Below, piece after piece: positions 55,618 to 64,000 of a stretch of 64,000 nucleotides of DNA (within the stretch, counting starts at the first letter, position 1; the number at the start of each line of letters is the position of its first letter). Position numbers and translations under genes: made by a program. Source of the stretch: Eledone cirrhosa (taxonomy: Eukaryota); the NCBI GenBank assembly GCA_964016885.1, contig OZ024741.1:225556001-225620000 (forward strand), given 5' to 3'. A model generated the notes under the pieces. The model saw nothing but the letters and a program-made list of their open reading frames with translations, was not told the origin of the DNA and did no database searches.

Positions 55618-56164
55618 ATAATGATATATGACATACCCTGAGATGTTAAATGGTTAAGATTTAATGAAGGTAGTGATTAACCTAAGAGAAAGTTTAACAT
55701 TTATACCCTAATAATGAGAAAATGCGAAAACGTAATAAATTCAATAGAGAATGTGTGAGTAAGAAAAACGTTGCTTAATGTAACAGTTATAGAGATTTTA
55801 AAATGTATGATACTACAATTTATCAGGGAAAGCGGTCAATGGGAGCCACTGATATATATAGAGAGAGGGAATATATGTAGGAGATTTCCCGAAAGTTAAA
55901 CGGTTAAGTTTGAAAATATTTAATTTATGCTATTTTAGGGTGAAGAATCAAGATTTTAGGTTTTAAAAAAAGAAAAAAAAAAAAAAAAGATTGCAGGTTA
56001 TTTATTAGTTTTATGAATTCAATAAGTGTTTTAACATTTCTAAACTTCGGAATTTTATGAGGATAACTTTTAAAGGATTTAGCTGGCCAGCGGAAAATAA
56101 AGTTTACACTGTCGAATATTTTTCTAAATGTGTTAGGTACCTTCATTGTACCAGTAGCCGACAA

Positions 56165-57520
56165 TCATGTCTCTTCCTGGTGTTTTCTTATCTTGGAGTT
56201 TTTCTATCACAGTCCCTCACTTATTTCGTATGTTTTTGTTGTAGTGGAGGAGCAATAGTTCTTTCGGATTTCTCTTAGCCACACTGCATCTCGGTTGAAA
56301 TTCTTCTTTTCCCCCCATATTTTGCTCCAAAAGGAATCTATGTCCTTCTGGGATGGGGCCTCAGTGACACTTATTATTTTGCCCTTCATATCTCTATAGA
56401 CTGATGTTTGGTTTCGTCTGAATCTTTTATTAAGCACTTTTCTCTCATCTACCTTCTTCAGGTATCGGCGTTTTTCGCTAACAGCTCTCAAGTCTTGTTT
56501 GAGCTTATATTGAAGATTTCTGGTTCTACTGTTACCAAACATCGTCTCTATTTTATTTTTCACTCTTTGTGAAAAGTGAGGTTTTTTGTGTTTGTTTGCA
56601 TGTAAGGAGCATTGTAACATGTCCTATGTTTCCTCGTAGGTCAGCACTCTTTTTTTTCTATTTTAGTTATATATGATGGTAGTTTTGATGGTGTTTTGTT
56701 CTTGTTAATATCTCTGCTATCACCAAGATAATGCTTCACTGTCGTTGCTAAGGCATATAAACAGGCGTTGATTTGCCAAAATGTTGGGGTTTTTATCCGT
56801 CGTAAATATTCATCCCTTATTTCATCAATAACACGTAATATTTCATTATTTGTTGTTTTTTTTTATTAAATATTGTCGTTTTAATACGTTCAGCAAGAGA
56901 GATATTTATACATGAATTAATTTCTCTCTGGAAGATTTCGTTGAGGGAGATTTTCAATTGTTTATACTTTCGATTATTATCATTATTGATAGTATTTTCC
57001 ACAACAGTCGAGGTAGACTCGGATGGTACACGTGGTGTCAAATTTCTTCGATTATTATTATTATCGATAGTGTTTTCCCCAGCATTCGAAGTAGACTTAG
57101 ATGGTACAGGCATAGTTGTTCCTAGGCGCTGTTCGACCTGGCTGCTAGGAAGTCTAGTAGCATGGCGATCTGTAGCACGTGTTGTTGATAACATGTTTGT
57201 CGTGGGGGACTTACAATTAATAATATTTATCTTATTTTTACGTTCAACAAACGTCGCTTGTTGGCATAATTGTTTCGCTGTGAACTAATTTAGCTCTGGG
57301 TGCATTTCGTCCCAGTGTAGCTTCATTCTGTTCATATAGCCAATGGAGGGATTGTTTTTTGCCATTTTATAACAATCAAATAAATCATTATTAAGTTCGC
57401 AACTCCAATAGAAATGCGATTTATAATTTCGGTTTCTTCTGTAGCTACAACTGAATAAAGTTTGTTTACCTTTCTTGTTGTTTGCCTTCGAAACTTCCTT
57501 AATTTTGTTGTTGATGTTAT
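56165..57520 (-). mobile_element. 5' (N-terminal) fragment of an R4/Dong-like LINE
   Basis: RNRNYKSHFYWSCELNNDLF...MNRMKLHWDEMHPEL and LQYKLKQDL...LNKRF...SVYR...FWSKIW align to the N-terminus of 21540-25049. (TATG)n at the 5' end. Confidence 0.85.
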
Positions 57521-57579
57521 GTATGTATGTATATATGTATGTATATATGTATATATGTTGGTATGTATGTATGTATCTA

Positions 57580-58200
57580 AGGATGTATGAATGGGTCACT
57601 CTTGAGTGCCTCTGGTAACATGTAACCCAGTACATCCTGGTGCACGGTCGGGTCGTCGGCGACTAAACCGGCAACCCCCACAAGTTGGTGAGGAGGGTGA
57701 TTTCGGACATCCTGCGGGACAAAAAACAAAATCTGACAAAGGCCAGAAGAACTCATAAGAGTCAACGGCCTTCCAAAAGTATGTAAATATGTATATACAC
57801 ATGTACATATGTATGTATATGTATATATACATGGGTGCATGTGTATGTATATGCGCGGGGACATAAAAATAGTCGGGCTCCGCACCCGATCGCGCGGTTA
57901 AACCACTGGGAATGAAGGACCCCTAGACTTTGTCATGGCATTCTTCTAGGAGAAGGCAACTCAGGAAACTGGGATAACTCCGATATAAAACCTGCGGCTC
58001 AGTAGTTACTGATGATGTTGATCTTTTCTTCTTTTCGGGTTACAGCTACTGTCGCTCAGAGAGTGGGATTGGCTCAGTGCACAGTCTTTGCTCACTTTAA
58101 AAAATATCTTCACGCACAGGCATTGCACCATAGAATTAATTAATAATTATTAATAATGGTATATCGTGCAATGGCCATACTCGCTAACGAGGGGGCAGTC
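57580..58200 (+). mobile_element. RTE 5' UTR-like repeats
   Basis: 57850-58200 closely matches 25778-26110. 57590-57780 resembles 26200-26310 and 31780-31875. Confidence 0.65.
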
Positions 58201-58954
58201 ATCATATATGTATGTATTATGTATGTATGTATGTATGTATTTAAGTATGCATGTATGCATGTATGTATGTATATGCGTATATAAGTATGTATGTAGGTAT
58301 GTATGCATGTTTTCATGTATGTATGTATCCGTGTATGTATATATGTATGTACGTATGTGTGTATATATATATTTCCTACCGGATCAATCACTCTCAAAGT
58401 TTGACCACTACGAATTCCTATCCAAGAAAGTGATATATATATATATGTATACACACACATACCTTCACACACGCACACACATTATAATGATTCTTTGCTG
58501 TACAGTTAAGCTTCTACCATTTCGAAACGGTAGAAGCTAAATCATTACACTTAATTCCTTATAGCATCCACGTTCTACTTTTATTAAGTATAGAGGTCTA
58601 TGTTGACTAGTAGTGTTAGTGGGTCTTAACTAATAACATCTCTTAACCTCACACATACAAACGCACACACACACTCACACATACACACACGTATATATAT
58701 ATATGTTATATATAAGTATGTATACGTACATACATATATGTGTACAGACGCACAGTAGTATGTATATATATATACATACTTGCACACATATATAAATATA
58801 TGTACGTATGGGTTTACCGAACATTTATTATAATGTTCGGTTTGTTTGTAAACATACGTATACATACTTATATTTAGGTATCAGCCGTACTAAGAGTGAG
58901 AAATGAAATTTCGTTTCATTCCTTTCCATATATGTTATATATATATTTTCTATT

Positions 58955-60542
58955 CTAAGGCGGGTAAAATTCTCGAGATCCATGGACGAGTTCTCTCCAG
59001 CGGTCTCTGTCCCTCATTATCGCTGCCATGTCCTGCGTCTCCAATAGACCAGTGTATGTCCTTAGGGCATCAACATACGTTAACCTTGGTCTTCCTCTTC
59101 TAGTGTGTCCATGTAGGGGCTCCCAAAGGAGCACTGAGTGCAATGTCAACTCTGGATGTCGGTGAGCATGTCCAGCTAACCTCAGTCTCCTCTGTGTCAC
59201 TTTTGAGCTGACTTTTGGGATGCTCCCATACAGCTCTTAGTTTTTCATCCTCAGTGTATACTGATTAATGTTCAGAGCCATTCTCAGCATTCTCGTGTAG
59301 CACCCATCCACCATCTGAGTGAGTTTCTTGGTCAGTGTCCAAGTCTCAGACCCATACAGCAGCACAGACTCCACTACAGCAATGAAGAGGCGGATTTTCA
59401 GGTCTCTACGAAGGTCCGACTTCCACACCGATCTCAAGCTGTAGCACGCCGCCCAGGCCTTGCTCTTCCTCTCAACCACATCATGTTCCGTATTCCCAAT
59501 CTTTGCTCCCAAATACAGGAAGCCCTCAACCAATTCTAGCGCCTTCCCGCCTACATTAGTGATCCCCTCTGGCTTCTCAACATTCTCTACCAGATATTTT
59601 GTTTTAGTCTCATTCATTCCCAGCCCCACACTCATCGACACAGTCTCAACCTCCCGCATCAAATCCTCTGCCTCCTTCACTGTATTTGTAACCAAAACTA
59701 TGTCGTCGGCAAATTCAGCATCCGATACCTTTTTCGCCCTAACTCTCCTGCTCTGAGCCGGTGCCACAGTAAAACCAGAGTCCTGGTGTTTCTCCAGTGC
59801 AAGGCGCATACAATAGTCCACTACGATGATAAAAAGGTAGGGAGCCAATGTATCTCCCTGGAGCACTCCAGCCAATATCTCAAAGAACTCTGTCATCCCA
59901 TCAGGTGTAATGACTTGGGCTTTGGTGTTAGTGTAGAGCAGTGATATCAGGTCCACTATCTTCTTGGGGATTCCATAAGCCTTTAAGATCTTCATCAGGC
60001 AGTAACGGTCCACAGAATCAAAGGCCTTCCTAAAGTCAATGAAAACCATGATTGCAGGAAGGCACTTTGCTCTAGCTCCCTCTAATATCCTCCTCAGAGC
60101 ACTGGGGAGATCAGGCGGCTGTTTGAGGAACTGGATGTTGAGACATAGCCCTTCACCAGAGAGGAGCTTCAGAGAGCCAAGAAGAGGATGAAGGAGGGTA
60201 AGGCTCATGGAGAAGATGGAGTGGCATCAGAGGTGATGAAGAGGTGTTATTTTGATGATATCATCCTGGGGTTCTGTAACGGGGCACTGGAGAAAGGAGT
60301 TGCCCCGAATCAGTGGAGGATCAGTAACATCGTCCCAGTGCCAAAGAAGGGAGATCTCTCTAACACCAACAACTACAGGGGGATCTCACTGACGTCACTT
60401 GTGGCAAAGACTCTCAACAGGATGATTCTTAACAGGATCCAGCCTGAGATGGAGAAGCAGCTCAGGGACAACCAGAACGGCTTCAGAGAGGGTAGATCAA
60501 CCACCAGTCACATCCTGATGCTGAGGAGGATATTAGAGGGAG

Positions 60543-60544
<2 letters not shown>
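58955..60544 (-). mobile_element. 5'-truncated RTE-clade LINE with inverted 5' segment
   Basis: Minus strand 60097-58955: FIDFRKAFDSVD, GVLQGDTLAPYLF, EFADD, LLYGSETW, RRGRP. Plus strand 60098-60544 encodes the immediately upstream RT region (NYRGISL...QNGFREGRST). Confidence 0.92.
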
Positions 60545-60579
<35 letters not shown>

Positions 60580-61024
60580 AGTATGTATGTATATTAGATA
60601 GATAAACCGACAGATCAGAGAGCCGGAGAGGGAAGCAGGGTAAATGAGAGAGAAGAATAAAAGAAATACAGTTGCAAGTTTGTTATTTTACACCATAATT
60701 AAGTTAGATTTATTGATATTCATTGCGAAAGCCACTCGAACTAAAAGCTGTAATCATAGAATAATGAATACCAGACTAGTATCAAAAGGTCTTAGTTTAA
60801 TTCTTGCCACAATGACATGTTTTACACTCTGTAACAATGTGGCTTTCAATCATGGAAATGCGTTATTTGAATTCTTGTTCTATTACGCAGTCCATTAGCG
60901 TTGCATAAATTTTGTAATAGCATAATAACTTATCGCCTTTACAAGGTCAAAGTATAAAAGAGGTTCTCTTTACTAAAAGACAGCTTCCTGGGAACTCTAT
61001 TGCATAATGGTATCGTAGTGAAGT

Positions 61025-61300
61025 GAAGGCGCGTGGCCTAGTGGTTATGGTGCTGGGCTTACTATGATAATGCTATGCCTTCGATTTATGGACCGGGTGG
61101 TGTGTTGTGCTTTTGAGCAAAACTCTACATTTCACGTTGCTCCAGTATACTCAGCTTTAAATGAGTTCCAACAGTAAATGGAGGTTGATCTTGCAACGGA
61201 TTTTCATCGAGATCAGGGATAATCTTGTACTTTATATAACCTAATTTTGATTAAACTAAACTAAGCACTGGTCTGATGAGCCTCTGGTCTGGGGGAAGAT
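61025..61300 (+). mobile_element. tRNA-derived SINE (another family)
   Basis: ggcgcgtggcctagtggtt A box and the core gttgtgcttttgagcaaaact. Confidence 0.6.
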
Positions 61301-61844
61301 TTTATTTTGTTTTAATCGTCGGAGGAATCAACGGTTTTCTAAGGTGACTATGTCGTCATAAATTATGTTAATGAATTTCTCATTCTTAGAATTTTCAACA
61401 ACATTGGTATTATTCAGTAACACCAGTAACACCAGTAATCTGAGGAACCTGCTGGTGTTCTTTATCAGTAAAACTAATACAAAGGAGAGTTCGTAGAAGA
61501 GTTCAGTAAATTGTACTGAGCTTTCTTACTTTAGATAATATTGCGGGGCCGGCTAAGTTTTCAGGATCTAATGAAGTGCGCAATATTCCATATATCATTT
61601 CATGTTCATTGGGTATATATAAAATGAATATCATAATGAGTGTCATAAGAGCCTCGTTGCTCCTTCATTTCACAGCAACGAGACAGAAAATCAGTCCTGT
61701 AAATTAATGTTCTCATGAATTCAGTTTCGCCAAATTATGAAATGAAATGAAAATTAAACTATGTTGACAATGGCAGTTATTCCAGCTTTCTTTAACAAGT
61801 GTTTGATAATCTGGCGTAACAACACCATAATACAGTCACTTATA

Positions 61845-61948
61845 ACTGTTTCTACTTTTGGTACAATGCCAGAAATTATCCAATGCATTACTGGTACTTT
61901 ATTCTATCGACCCCTGAAGGATGAAAGGCAAAGTTAACCTCGGCGAGA
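61845..61948 (-). mobile_element. SINE 3' part
   Basis: Same family as 4549-4740. Confidence 0.75.
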
Positions 61949-62399
61949 TAACGTCATATTGTTTCATTCATTCTTATAGATGGAACTACAACCATAATCA
62001 AATCCCTGTAAACTACATCCATGTCAAATCACTGTAAACAATGCTTTAAACTGAATCTTTGAGAATGGAATTCGGAACATGTAAAGTTGAATGATTTGTA
62101 GAATAACAAAACTTTGAAACAACGATTTTTGCAAAGACTGTATAAATTATACTTCAAAATTATTACAAAATTCTGTGAGAACTTTGTAGAAACAGACATT
62201 GAAACCAGCTGCCGTGTGTTGTTGCTCGAAGATTATCAGCCTAGATTGAAGATATATAAAAGGAATTTTGATTTAAAAAACCGAAATGACTAAATAAAAT
62301 TAAAATACTCATTTAAGAAATGATAAAGTAGTACAGACATATATTCATGTGATGATTTGTCGTGGAAGTGATAAAGTTCAAGCGGAATCTACAACTTAC

Positions 62400-62524
62400 C
62401 TGAATATGATCTGGACGGCCAGTACTTTCCATTCGACTCGCAACGTTTACAGTGTTGCCCCATATATCATATTGGGGTTTTCTGGCGCCGATTACCCCCG
62501 CTACAACAGGGCCCACATTGACTC
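62400..62524 (-). CDS. Adenylyl cyclase C2a catalytic-domain exon
   Basis: Acceptor ttttacactAG and donor GTAAGT. Encodes (G)[41 protein letters not shown], the class III cyclase signature. Confidence 0.95.
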
Positions 62525-62604
62525 CTAGTGTAAAAAAAAACAACATCTGAGTAATTATAACGCAACAACAACAACAACAACAATAATGATACTAGCAATA
62601 ATAA

Positions 62605-62817
62605 TAATAATTGTTTCTACTTTAGGCACAAGGCCAGCAATTGGAAGCGGGAGGGGAAAGTCTATTGAATCGACCTCAGTGCATTACGGGTACTTTATTT
62701 TATTGACCACATAAGGATGACAGGCAAAGCTAACCTCGGCAGGATTTGAAATCAGAACGTAAAGGGCCGTAACTATATGCTGCAAAGCAGGGTTTCCGGC
62801 GCTCTACCGATACTGCC

Positions 62818-62820
<3 letters not shown>
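62605..62820 (-). mobile_element. Full-length tRNA-derived SINE between (AAT)n tracts
   Basis: Same family as 17770-17970. Confidence 0.85.
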
Positions 62821-62844
<24 letters not shown>

Positions 62845-62848
<4 letters not shown>

Positions 62849-63150
62849 CGGAGACTGAAGGACTGATTATATCAGCACAAGATCAGTGTCTGCCAACAAA
62901 ATATTACCAAGCCTACATAATAAAAAATGGATGCAGACCATTATGCCGTATGTAAATAACAACCAGAGACCATTGACCATATAATTTCAATGTGCAGTCC
63001 TATAGCTCCAACCGAATACCTAAACAGGCATGACAGAGCTGCACAATACATACATTGGATAATGTGTAAGCAATTTGACCTGCCCCATCAACAGAATTGG
63101 TGGGAGCTTCACCCACCTCCCATACTTGAAAAAGATCCCATCTCAATCCA
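62845..63150 (+). mobile_element. R4/Dong-like LINE fragment following (AAT)n
   Basis: My own translation: KSETEGLIISAQDQCLPTKYYQ...CRM*...ETIDHIISMCSPIAPTEYLNRHDRAAQYIHW. Confidence 0.8.
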
Positions 63151-63151
63151 T

Positions 63152-64000
63152 TACACCCGACCACCAGTTACTCTATGTTACCCCCACACTACACCCGACC
63201 ACCAGTTACTCTATGTTACCTCTACACTACACCCGATCACCAGTTACTCTATGTTATCTCTACACTACACCCGATCACCAGTTACTCTATGTTATCTCTA
63301 CACTACACCCGACCACCAGTTACTCTATGTTACCTCTACACTACACCCGACCACCAGTTACTCTATGTTATCTCTACACTACACCCGATCACCAGTTACT
63401 CTATGTTACCTCTACACTACACCCGACCACCAGTTACGCTATGTTACCTCTACACTACACCCGACCACCAGTTACTCTATGTTATCTCTACACTACACCC
63501 GACCACCAGTTACTCTATGTTATCTCTACACTACACCCGACCACCAGTTACTCTATGTTATCTCTACACTACACCCGACCACCAGTTACTCTATGTTATC
63601 TCTACACTACACCCGACCACCAGTTACTCTATGTTATCTCTACACTACACCCGACCACCAGTTACTCTATGTTATCTCTACACTACACCCGACCACCAGT
63701 TACTCTATGTTATCTCTACACTACACCCGACCACCAGTTACTCTATGTTACCTCTACACTACACCCGACCACCAGTTACTCTATGTTACCCCCACACTAC
63801 ACCCGACCACCAGTTACTCTATGTTACCCCCACACTACACCCGACCACCAGTTACTCTATGTTACCCCTACACTACACCCGACCACCAGTTACTCTATGT
63901 TACCCCCACACTACACCCGACCACCAGTTACTCTATGTTACCTCTACACTACACCCGACCACCAGTTACTCTATGTTATCTCTACACTACACCCGACCAC
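63152..64000. repeat. 38-bp minisatellite, at least 22 copies, running off the window end
   Basis: Unit ctacacccgaccaccagttactctatgtta(c/t)c(t/c)c(t/c)aca. Confidence 0.97.

Noticed and set aside
61265-61300. CTGATGA in a SINE tail
   Set aside because: No properly placed GAAA, stem III or stem I.
63152-64000. CRISPR-like periodicity
   Set aside because: There are no unique spacers and no cas genes, and the context is eukaryotic.

Overview
This is AT-rich, microsatellite-dense eukaryotic DNA, most likely a coleoid cephalopod such as Octopus (inferred from the SINE families and the (TA)n/(TATG)n density). The only host gene is the 3' end of a minus-strand rutabaga/ADCY1-like adenylyl cyclase: one exon at 62400-62524 and a 3-kb terminal exon at 52045-55119 encoding a ~990-aa low-complexity tail ending in TNV. 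The rest is mobile DNA: an intact R4/Dong-clade LINE in (TATG)n, decayed Tx1/L1, RTE and Penelope-like elements (PLEs), tRNA-derived SINEs, probable Helitrons and MITEs, and a 38-bp minisatellite. The main signal the ORF track misses is about 18 type I hammerhead ribozyme (HHR) motifs, read by eye as stem I-CTGANGA-stem II-GAAA-short palindrome-TH-stem I. They fall in about ten small non-coding element families, almost all next to (TA)n. These include a 524-bp tandem repeat with one HHR per unit (retrozyme-like), fold-back elements with an HHR on both strands, a shared sub-terminal GAGTGCT motif, and a sense-strand HHR in the last intron of the cyclase. Everything was read manually; no folding or database search was run, and element boundaries are approximate.
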